A stretch of DNA of 53,987 bases, taken from the IMG/VR virus record IMGVR_UViG_3300046009_004608, positions 1 through 53,987 of that record; one strand, 5' to 3'. The notes under the pieces are model-generated. The model had not been told where the DNA came from, did not search any database, and saw nothing but the letters and a program-made list of their open reading frames with translations. Both the position numbers and the translations under genes were made by a program. Positions 35,960-44,163 of this stretch are shown here, piece after piece (the first letter of the stretch is position 1; every line of letters begins with the position of its first letter). The DNA comes from a virus. Taxonomy: Duplodnaviria > Caudoviricetes.

Positions 35960-36418
35960 GTGTCAAAACTACCCGATCCTACCGACCCACAACAGGTCGT
36001 TCAGGCCGCCTTGGGTGGAATCAAGGAGGCTTTGAAGGCTGGGCGGGATATCAAGGAGACCGCCAAGGAGGTCAATGCCTTTTTGGACGAAGAAGCAAAG
36101 GCTCGGGTCGCATGGAGGAAAAAGCAGCAAGATGTAATGCGTCGAGGGGACATGATGTATATCGATGCAATCAACGAGTACCGAATTATTTACAACATCC
36201 GCCAACAAAAAGAGCGGGCGTTTGAGCAGATTGAAAAAGAGTTTGGGAAAAAGGCAATTCAGGAAGTAAACGCACTAGAAGAAAGACTTAGAAAAGAGAA
36301 AAAAGAGCTTCAAAAAGAATACGACTCTGACCGCAAGGCAACACGAAACGAATGGTTAGTAATTCTGTTACTCGGTGCAGTCATCTACGGAATTCTAAAA
36401 GCAACAAAGGTGTGGTGA
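35960..36418 (+). CDS. Coiled-coil protein with C-terminal TM segment
   Basis: GGAG RBS, GTG start; C-terminal WLVILLLGAVIYGIL. Confidence 0.75.
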   Translation: MSKLPDPTDPQQVVQAALGGIKEALKAGRDIKETAKEVNAFLDEEAKARVAWRKKQQDVMRRGDMMYIDAINEYRIIYNIRQQKERAFEQIEKEFGKKAIQEVNALEERLRKEKKELQKEYDSDRKATRNEWLVILLLGAVIYGILKATKVW

Positions 36419-36759
36419 TGGAAAAAAGTGCAAAGGAATTAGCAAGTAAAGTCATCGGGGTAATAGGCATTCCGTCCATTGTACTTATGGTAGGTATGGT
36501 GATTTATTCGGCTATGAGATTAGAAGCCGAGGCACTAACTCCAATTGTGGGTATGGCCTCTGGCGTCATCATGGCCCTGATCTCCATGATCGCCGGAATT
36601 ACCGGAACCAAGGACAAAGAAGAAAAACCGGAATTTAAAGTTATCACCGATCTAATTGCCCGGTTAGACCAAAAAGAAGCTCCGATGCGGGTTGATGTTG
36701 AGGACGGCAAGGTTACAGTTCGTAAGGGTGATGATACGGTGAATATGGAGTCGAAATGA
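36418..36759 (+). CDS. Two-TM membrane protein (holin/antiholin candidate)
   Basis: Two hydrophobic helices and a charged C-terminus. Confidence 0.65.
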   Translation: MEKSAKELASKVIGVIGIPSIVLMVGMVIYSAMRLEAEALTPIVGMASGVIMALISMIAGITGTKDKEEKPEFKVITDLIARLDQKEAPMRVDVEDGKVTVRKGDDTVNMESK

Positions 36760-37238
36760 TTACTTTACTTTCTACCCTCGTTTCCTTCCTGATGGGCGGT
36801 CTGCCCAAGGTCTTAGATTTCTTCCAAGATCGGTCGGATAAGGCTCATGAACTAGAACTCGCTAGGATGCAAACGGAGCGGGAGCTTCAGATGCTGGAAA
36901 GAGGTTTTGCCGCCCAAGCCCGGGTTGAGGAGATCCGGACTGACCAAGTCGCCATGCAGACTGCCGTTCAGGAGCGTCAAGCCTTGTACGCCCACGACAT
37001 CGAGATCGGCAAGGGAGCCTCTCAGTGGGTGGTCAATATGCGGGCCTCTGTCCGTCCCGTTATTACCTACGGGATGTTTTCCCTTTTGCTTTTTGTAAAC
37101 ATCTTTGGGTTTTTCTACGCTTGGAAGACCGGAGTGCCGTTTGATCAGGCGATGGAGATTTTGTGGGATGAGGACTCGGCCATCATCTTTTCAAGTGTGA
37201 TTGCGTTTTGGTTTGGTAGCCAATCCTTTAAAAAATGA
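36756..37238 (+). CDS. Holin-like protein (GTA-holin 3TM-like)
   Basis: WVVNMRASVRPVITY...SVIAFWFGS motif; directly upstream of the lysozyme. Confidence 0.7.
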   Translation: MITLLSTLVSFLMGGLPKVLDFFQDRSDKAHELELARMQTERELQMLERGFAAQARVEEIRTDQVAMQTAVQERQALYAHDIEIGKGASQWVVNMRASVRPVITYGMFSLLLFVNIFGFFYAWKTGVPFDQAMEILWDEDSAIIFSSVIAFWFGSQSFKK

Positions 37239-37711
37239 GAGTAGAAGAGCGTGTCATTGAAATGGTCAAACATCACGAAGGGGTCAGACTTCGTCCCTAT
37301 CGTTGCCCTGCTCTGCTTTGGACTGTGGGCGTTGGTCATGTCATTGATGCTCGGCACATAGGAGTCAAACTTGAAGAACGCAAAACTCTACCCATCCCGG
37401 ACGGCTGGGACAGAACCCTCAGCATGGATGAAGTCAACAAGATTCTTTCTGAGGATCTGGGCCGGTTTGAGGCAGGGGTATTCCGACTATGTCCTAATGG
37501 GCTTACTCTTGGTCGCTTTGGCGCACTCGTCAGCTTCGCTTTCAACGTTGGTCTGGGCAACCTCCAGCGGTCTTCCATCCGGATGAAACATAACCGGGGA
37601 GAGTATGAAGAAGCGGCAGAGGCTTTTATGATGTGGACTAAGGCAGGGGGGAAAGAATTGCCGGGTTTGGTAAAACGCCGTAGGGATGAAAAATCGTTGT
37701 ACCTCAGTTAA
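37235..37711 (+). CDS. Endolysin, GH24 phage lysozyme
   Basis: HHEGVRLRPYRCPALLWTVGVGH catalytic segment; FGALVSFAFNVG; GLVKRRRDE. Confidence 0.95.
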   Translation: MRVEERVIEMVKHHEGVRLRPYRCPALLWTVGVGHVIDARHIGVKLEERKTLPIPDGWDRTLSMDEVNKILSEDLGRFEAGVFRLCPNGLTLGRFGALVSFAFNVGLGNLQRSSIRMKHNRGEYEEAAEAFMMWTKAGGKELPGLVKRRRDEKSLYLS

Positions 37712-37726
37712 ATTGGAGGGGTAAAA

Positions 37727-37813
37727 ATGAAAAAACTTATTGAAAAAATAAAGGCTTTGTTTCAAAAATTAAAGCAAAAAATTAAGTCAATAACCATAAA
37801 AGCCAAAAAATGA
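37727..37813 (+). CDS. 28-aa cationic amphipathic peptide (missing from ORF track)
   Basis: GGAGG RBS; MKKLIEKIKALFQKLKQKIKSITIKAKK*; ATGA overlap with the next gene. Confidence 0.7.
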   Translation: MKKLIEKIKALFQKLKQKIKSITIKAKK

Positions 37814-38217
37814 GCACGGCCGTTAAATCTGACCCATCCAAATGGAAGCGCATCGTTGCCTCGGTGAAAGCCTCGGGCAAGGGTGGCGCTCCGGGTCAGT
37901 GGTCGGCTCGAAAGGCTCAATTGGCCACCCAGAAGTACAAGTCTTCCGGGGGTGGCTATAAAGGCCCAAAAAAGGCCGATAACAGCCTCTCCCAGTGGGG
38001 AAAGCAGGAATGGACTACCAAGTCTGGGAAGCCCTCTACGGTCGGCCCTAAGGCCACTGGGGAGCGATATCTGCCCAAAAAAGCCATCCAAGGGCTTTCC
38101 TCGGCTGAATACGCCGCCACAACCCGTGCCAAGCGGGAGGGGAAGGCTGCCGGTAAACAGTTTGTCTCTCAGCCCAAGGGTATCGCTGAGAAGACTAAGA
38201 AATATAGGAGCTGGTAA
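37810..38217 (+). CDS. DUF5872-like basic protein
   Basis: GKGGAPGQWSARKAQL...YK..GGGY...W.KQEWTTK...ERYLP..A...LS..E.AAT..AKR. Confidence 0.75.
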   Translation: MSTAVKSDPSKWKRIVASVKASGKGGAPGQWSARKAQLATQKYKSSGGGYKGPKKADNSLSQWGKQEWTTKSGKPSTVGPKATGERYLPKKAIQGLSSAEYAATTRAKREGKAAGKQFVSQPKGIAEKTKKYRSW

Positions 38218-38852
38218 TGACGGTTGCGGCAGTTATGACCTATGACAGCTTGGTGGCTGATATTTCGTCCTATTTGGAGCGGACGGACACGGCCACGCTG
38301 GAGAAGATCCCGACGTTCATTATGCTGGCCGAGCAGGTAATTGCTTCCCAAATTAAGTTTTTGGGCAACCTGACGGTAAATACTAGCACCATGACTACTA
38401 GCCAGCCGATCATCGATAAGCCGGCCAGATGGCATAAAACCGTGTCCATGAACGTCACAGTAAACGGGTCGAAAAGCCCGGTTTTGCTCCGCAAGTATGA
38501 GTATTTAAGGGAGTATTGGCCGGACGCTACCGACACTGGGATTCCTAAGTTTTACGCCGATTACGACTATACCCACTGGCTAGTCGCCCCGACCCCGGCC
38601 GATGACTTTGTTTTTGAGGTTCTGTACTACGAGCGGATTCAGCCCCTTGATTCCTCAAATCAGACCAATTGGTTCACGATTTATGCGCCTCAGGCGCTGC
38701 TTTACGGCACCCTTTTGCAGGCCATGCCGTTCCTTAAAAACGATGAGCGCATCCCGATGTGGCAACAGCAGTATGACCTGATCATGCAGACGCTGAAGGC
38801 CGAAGACATCCAGAGGATTGGCGACCGTCAAGCCACCGTATTGGATAGCTAA
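38217..38852 (+). CDS. Head-tail adaptor / tail tubular protein A-like
   Basis: MTYDSLVADISSYLER...IPTFIMLAE, GIPKFYA, VAPTP, TNW....APQALLYGTL. Confidence 0.75.
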   Translation: MTVAAVMTYDSLVADISSYLERTDTATLEKIPTFIMLAEQVIASQIKFLGNLTVNTSTMTTSQPIIDKPARWHKTVSMNVTVNGSKSPVLLRKYEYLREYWPDATDTGIPKFYADYDYTHWLVAPTPADDFVFEVLYYERIQPLDSSNQTNWFTIYAPQALLYGTLLQAMPFLKNDERIPMWQQQYDLIMQTLKAEDIQRIGDRQATVLDS

Positions 38853-38854
38853 TC

Positions 38855-40081
38855 ATGAGTTATAACAGCCCATTTACCGGAAACGTCATTCAGCCCACGG
38901 ATGTCTCCTATCGGGCCATTACGCTGTCGGCTAACACCCAGCTTGAGTGGCCAATCAACGGGAATGCAACAGACGACTATGCCGCCCGGATCATGAATGT
39001 GACGGCGACAGCCGGCAGTCTGAACCTCTATATGCCCCCTGCGGATCAAGCCTCCGTAGGACAAGACGCCCTAATCCGAAATGTCGGAGCAACCTCTTTC
39101 ACGGTTAAGGACTATAACGGGGTCAATACGATTATCACGATTGCCGCGGGTGAGGCTAAATATATCTACATCACGGCCAACCCAAATAATCAAGGCACTT
39201 GGGGAATTATTTCCTTCGGAGTTGGCTCTTCCTCAGCAGATGCGGCAAGTCTTGCTGGATATGGTCTTTTGGCCGTCACGACAACCCTAAATCAGTCACA
39301 TCCAGTCACTACGTTTAGTAGTAATGCGACTGCGACCGTTGCTTACCGAGCACAAGCCTATGTCTGGACGGGTGGAGCTGGGACATTAACTCTTGATTCA
39401 ACCTCCACTCTTGGCAACAACTGGTTCATGCTAATCAGAAATGGTGGAACTGGAGCTTTAACAGTCTCTCCATCGGGTGGAACTCTGATTAACGGGTCAG
39501 CGTCTATTGTTATGCAACCCACCGATTCGTGTGTTTTGGTGTGTTCTGGAACGGCGTTTTATACAGTAGGTCTTGGTAAATCTACATTATTTAATTTTAC
39601 CCAACTTACAAAAGACGTATCAGCCGGCGGTACATTTACACTAACTCCGTCAGAAGCATCAAACGTTATACAGAAATACACAGGAACATTAGCCGGAAAC
39701 GTAACGGTAGTTGTTCCGCCAACAGTTCAGGTTTATTACATTGTCAATGAAACTGTCGGAGGAGTAAGCAATTATACCGTTACCATTTCAACCGGTTTAG
39801 GAACCAATGCAATTATTACCGCAGGTCAACAATCAACTTTGGTATGTGATTCAGTAAATCTGTTTAACGCAAATACAGTACTAGCCGGCTCTTCCACGAT
39901 TAGTTTGAATAACGGTACAGTAGGTGCGCCATCATTAAATTTTTCAGCAGAAACCTCAACTGGAATTTATCGGGCAGGAGCTGGTCAATTTAATATTACG
40001 GTTGGCGGTGTAAACCAATTTACACTTACATCTAGCGGTTTAACAATCCCAAGTGGAATAGCAGGCGGAACCTTTACATGA
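38855..40081 (+). CDS. Tail fibre/spike-like virion protein
   Basis: Thr/Gly-rich repeated beta domains; NGTVGAPSLNFSAETSTGIYR motif; ends IAGGTFT. Confidence 0.7.
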   Translation: MSYNSPFTGNVIQPTDVSYRAITLSANTQLEWPINGNATDDYAARIMNVTATAGSLNLYMPPADQASVGQDALIRNVGATSFTVKDYNGVNTIITIAAGEAKYIYITANPNNQGTWGIISFGVGSSSADAASLAGYGLLAVTTTLNQSHPVTTFSSNATATVAYRAQAYVWTGGAGTLTLDSTSTLGNNWFMLIRNGGTGALTVSPSGGTLINGSASIVMQPTDSCVLVCSGTAFYTVGLGKSTLFNFTQLTKDVSAGGTFTLTPSEASNVIQKYTGTLAGNVTVVVPPTVQVYYIVNETVGGVSNYTVTISTGLGTNAIITAGQQSTLVCDSVNLFNANTVLAGSSTISLNNGTVGAPSLNFSAETSTGIYRAGAGQFNITVGGVNQFTLTSSGLTIPSGIAGGTFT

Positions 40082-42153
40082 CACAAAAGGTTTTTGCCCT
40101 TGATACTCGTCCCGGTGTTCAGCGGGACGGTACTTATTTCGATAAAGACTTTTACACGGCGGGCCGTTGGGTTAGGTTTCAACGTGGCCGTCCCCGTAAG
40201 ATCCTTGGTTATCGAGCAATCACAAATGCAATTAACGGTTTATCTAGAGGCATTTATGTGAACTCCGAGGACGGCTTAAACCGTGTTTTTAATGGTTATG
40301 AAAGCGGCCTTGAAGTCTTAGAAATTGACAATAACGGCATTGGTTCGGGTATCACAGCAATCACTTTTGGTGGGCCTATTTTGACCCTTGGGGCCGTAGT
40401 TGGCGGGAGTCTTTACACCAACGGCACTTATACAAATGTAACATTAACAGGCGGATCTGGAACCGGAGCTAAGGCAACAATTGTCGTTGCGGCAGGAGCG
40501 GTATCAACGGTCACAATTACAACCGCCGGATCTTCCTACAAGGTCGGAGATAGCCTAAGTGCAACGGCGGCAAGCATAGGTGGAACTGGATCTGGATTTA
40601 GCGTTCCAGTAGCAACTATCGAAGATGGGTTTGATTCCAATCCTAATAATGTATGGCAGTTTGATGCCATGTTCGACACTCAAGGGGTAAATGCAACTCT
40701 GCTTTTAGCTCACCCCGGACAGAATCTTGCTCAAATTGACAGCACTATAAACACACCAGTTCTTTCCTGTCCGGTTACAGGAAGCATATCTACCCCTTTA
40801 AAAGACATCAATGGATCAAACCCAACCGGAGCGACTATATCGGTCTCTGGTGGGGTAGTGGTGTTACATCCTTACGTCTTCGTTTATGGCGACAATGGGT
40901 TAATTAAAAATTCATCAGCCGGAGATCCGTTTAACTGGAACGGTGCAGATGCAAACGAGGTCAACGTAGCCTCAACTAAAATTGTTAAGGGTCTCCCAGT
41001 TCGAGGCGGCTCTAACGCTCCGTCAGGACTGTTTTGGGCATTGGATTCTTTAATTCGTGTGTCCTACGCTCCGACATCAGTAGGCGTCGCTGGAACTGGA
41101 AACTATGGCCCAACCCTTTACTGGCGTTATGACACCATTTCTACCCAAACCTCAATTTTGTCATCTCAATCGGTTATTGAGTATGACGGAATTTATTACT
41201 GGATAGGTGTTGATCGGTTTCTTCTCTACAACGGTGTCGTTAAAGAGATTCCGAACAACATGAACCAAAACTACTTTTTTGACAATCTGAACTATTCCCA
41301 GCGGGAAAAGGTGTGGGCTACCAAAGTGCCGCGGTTTGGTGAAATTTGGTGGTTCTTTCCTAATGGAGACTCAGAAGAGTGCAATGACTGCATTATTTAT
41401 AACATTCGAGAGAATACTTGGTATGACGGTGGGCAGGCTTTGGGCTCCCGTAGGACCGCCGGATACTTCTCGCAGGTCTTTGCCTACCCAATAAATGCCG
41501 GGACTAATTTGTCAGTCGAAGAGACCGTATTCTCAGCGACCATTGATACCACTAATGCCTCAACCGATATTGAAATGCTCGAAACCAATCAAATTCGGAT
41601 TGGATTGGTGGTGGACTCAGCCAGCGTCCCAGCCGGTACGACTGTTGTGGCGATAGCGCCAAGCGCTACCCCCGGAAATATCACGGTGACCCTATCCGCG
41701 GCGGCTACGGCAACCCAGACGGAAACCGCCAATTTCTTGACCCCGCCCGGGCTTACCACCCTTTGGCAGCATGAAATTGGCACAGACGAGGTCAACGGGG
41801 AGGTTTCGTTAGCCATAGAGTCGTTTTTTGAAACCTCAGATCTTGGCTGGGTGGGTGGTGGCCCATCGCAGACGGGGCTGGATGGACTGAATAAGTGGTT
41901 GCACCTTGAGCGGGTAGAACCAGACTTTTTGCAAAACGGGGATATGGAGCTTTATGTGGTTGGCCGCCCGTATGCCCAAGCCGAAGACAAGATTTCTAAT
42001 CCTTATGTCTTTGCCCCCGGAACCCACAAAATCGATATGCGGGAGCAACGGCGGGAGCTAAGGCTAAAGTTTCGTAGCAATGTGGTCGGTGGCAACTACC
42101 AAATGGGTCGGGTATTGTTGAACGCTAACTTCGGTGATGTCCGAGGCTACTGA
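40078..42153 (+). CDS. Tail nozzle / DNA-stabilisation protein (P22 gp10 / T7 gp12-like) with inserted beta domain
   Basis: PGVQRDGT...WVRFQRGRPRKILGY, FGEIWWFFP, YNIRENTWY; insert GGSLYTNGTY...GGSGTGAKATIVV. Confidence 0.72.
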   Translation: MTQKVFALDTRPGVQRDGTYFDKDFYTAGRWVRFQRGRPRKILGYRAITNAINGLSRGIYVNSEDGLNRVFNGYESGLEVLEIDNNGIGSGITAITFGGPILTLGAVVGGSLYTNGTYTNVTLTGGSGTGAKATIVVAAGAVSTVTITTAGSSYKVGDSLSATAASIGGTGSGFSVPVATIEDGFDSNPNNVWQFDAMFDTQGVNATLLLAHPGQNLAQIDSTINTPVLSCPVTGSISTPLKDINGSNPTGATISVSGGVVVLHPYVFVYGDNGLIKNSSAGDPFNWNGADANEVNVASTKIVKGLPVRGGSNAPSGLFWALDSLIRVSYAPTSVGVAGTGNYGPTLYWRYDTISTQTSILSSQSVIEYDGIYYWIGVDRFLLYNGVVKEIPNNMNQNYFFDNLNYSQREKVWATKVPRFGEIWWFFPNGDSEECNDCIIYNIRENTWYDGGQALGSRRTAGYFSQVFAYPINAGTNLSVEETVFSATIDTTNASTDIEMLETNQIRIGLVVDSASVPAGTTVVAIAPSATPGNITVTLSAAATATQTETANFLTPPGLTTLWQHEIGTDEVNGEVSLAIESFFETSDLGWVGGGPSQTGLDGLNKWLHLERVEPDFLQNGDMELYVVGRPYAQAEDKISNPYVFAPGTHKIDMREQRRELRLKFRSNVVGGNYQMGRVLLNANFGDVRGY

Positions 42154-42401
42154 TGACAATTGCCATAGTCTACGATCCGAGATACCACACATGGGATTCA
42201 TGGGCTTCCCTAATGGTGGAGGCATTTGCTGCCCAGCAGTTGTCAGTTCCGGGTCCGGAAACTGAGTGGAAATCTTGGGCGGAAGGTTTAAAAGCAATAG
42301 ATGTATTTACAAATGAGGCTATTCCCGGTCCGGGGCCATTTATGAATTGGCAGGACTGGGCGGCCGCTTTGGTCAACGCTATCAATAGGCCGGTGGAATA
42401 A
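42153..42401 (+). CDS. Small Trp-rich virion-module protein
   Basis: DPRYHTWDSWA...WKSWA...WQDWA; TGATG overlap. Confidence 0.75.
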   Translation: MTIAIVYDPRYHTWDSWASLMVEAFAAQQLSVPGPETEWKSWAEGLKAIDVFTNEAIPGPGPFMNWQDWAAALVNAINRPVE

Positions 42402-42403
42402 CT

Positions 42404-44161
42404 ATGGCAACCTTAGAAGATATTCAAGCATATTTAACTGCAAATCCAAATATGACGGATCAGCAAATTGCTGCCGCCATGAACCAGTTTAGTGTCTCTC
42501 CGCTTCAGATGTCTCAAGCCACTAACGTTCCGCTTGAAAATATTCAGCAGAGATTTGATGCAGCTGTGGGACAAGACCAAGCCATCGCTAATCGAATAGC
42601 AGAAATTCAACAATCGGGTGGTAGTGAATACGATATCGCTAGAGAGGCGGCGGCAAACAAAATATCAGCCGCAGACTTGTCCCGCATTACTGGGCTTTCC
42701 GCCGATCAAATTATGCAAATGTCAGGCGGAGTTTTAAAAGACTCTACTATTCCTCCGCGACCCACTTTCAGCGGTATGGTTGCCGAATGGAATAAAAGCC
42801 ATGAGGCACGGTTCGGAGCGCCTGTAAATTTGGCAACGTCTGGCCAAGAAAACCTGCAAAAACAGGCCACTGAACTTGCCGCAGAAACTAAGCGGCGTCA
42901 GGAAGAGTGGGATAAAACCTATGGAAATACGCCTGAGGGCAAAATTATTAAAGAAAATCCGCCACCGGATTGGCGAGATATCTATGAGCCTTGGTCGCAG
43001 AGTCATCAAAAACAATTTGGAAACATAATTGATCGTCCGTGGAATACAGATGAGGCTACTATCAAGCAAAAAAGAGAGCTTGATGATAAGTACATAAAGT
43101 CTATTCAGGATTACAACGCAAAATACGGAACTAACATCAGTCCAGATCCGAATGTATTGGGAAGTTTCAGTCAGCCCAGTGAGTTTTATAAAGAGCCGGA
43201 AAAAGACAAGTGGTATGAAAATCCGTTAAATATAGCCGCTCTTGCCGCGCTAGCTTATTTTGGTGCGCCGTATGTTACTAACGCACTAAGCAGTTTAAGC
43301 AGTCTAGGCGCTGCGGAAGTTTTACCGGGTGCTGGCGCTGAAGTCTTTGCTTTGGGCGATGTTGCTGTTCCTACAATCACATCCATTCCAGCAGTAGAAG
43401 CTGCCGGGACACTCGCTGCTAGTAATTTAGTGAACAATTTGCCCGTAGAAATTATTGATAAAAGCATACCTTTTGATCCAAAGGCTTACGATGCAATTTC
43501 AACGACTACGGGTTTATCTAACCTTGCCAAAGCTGGATTAGAAACTCTTACTCAAAATCCGCTTACAACGCTACGCACCGCAAATACGGTAAAAAATATT
43601 TACGATGCTTTTACTGGAGGTGGTGGGGACACTGGTGGTTTAACTGGCGGTTTAGATAAAAACTCTTCTAGTCTGCTATCGCAAGGTTTGGCCATGCTTC
43701 AGCCGGGTCAATCGCAATATGCTCTACCCGGAAGCCTTGAGTCTACTTATCTCGCTCCGGCATCCGGCGCCACCCAACAGCAGGCTCAGTTTCTGTCGCA
43801 GTTAAAGCAGTTATATCCTGAGCTTCGAGGTGCAGACGATAACCTGTTATCAACGATTGCCTCCCGGACCGGCGTAGCTGCGGCTAAGGGTGGCCATATT
43901 CCTGAGTTTATTACTGGCGCTACCGGACACTATGTTCAGGGTCGTGGAGATGGTCAGTCAGATGAGATTCCAGCCATGCTTGCCGACGGTGAGTATGTGT
44001 TTGATGCCGACACCGTAGCCGCACTTGGGAACGGTTCAAACAAGGCAGGTGCCAAGATGCTGGACAAAATGAGAGAAAACATCCGTGAGCACAAGCGTAA
44101 AGCGCCTACGGACAAAATACCTCCTAAGGCCAAGTCGCCTTTGGAATACCTAAGGGGTTAA
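42404..44161 (+). CDS. Probable ejection/internal virion protein with C-terminal GDGQSDEIPAMLADGEYV domain
   Basis: Position after the nozzle gene; hydrophobic mid-segment; C-terminal domain preceded by AAKGG. Confidence 0.65.
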   Translation: MATLEDIQAYLTANPNMTDQQIAAAMNQFSVSPLQMSQATNVPLENIQQRFDAAVGQDQAIANRIAEIQQSGGSEYDIAREAAANKISAADLSRITGLSADQIMQMSGGVLKDSTIPPRPTFSGMVAEWNKSHEARFGAPVNLATSGQENLQKQATELAAETKRRQEEWDKTYGNTPEGKIIKENPPPDWRDIYEPWSQSHQKQFGNIIDRPWNTDEATIKQKRELDDKYIKSIQDYNAKYGTNISPDPNVLGSFSQPSEFYKEPEKDKWYENPLNIAALAALAYFGAPYVTNALSSLSSLGAAEVLPGAGAEVFALGDVAVPTITSIPAVEAAGTLAASNLVNNLPVEIIDKSIPFDPKAYDAISTTTGLSNLAKAGLETLTQNPLTTLRTANTVKNIYDAFTGGGGDTGGLTGGLDKNSSSLLSQGLAMLQPGQSQYALPGSLESTYLAPASGATQQQAQFLSQLKQLYPELRGADDNLLSTIASRTGVAAAKGGHIPEFITGATGHYVQGRGDGQSDEIPAMLADGEYVFDADTVAALGNGSNKAGAKMLDKMRENIREHKRKAPTDKIPPKAKSPLEYLRG

Positions 44162-44163
44162 AG

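Noticed and set aside
35890-36225. Alternate-frame ORF as an embedded o-spanin
   Set aside because: No signal peptide or lipobox Cys near the N-terminus; it overlaps the better-supported 35960 gene.
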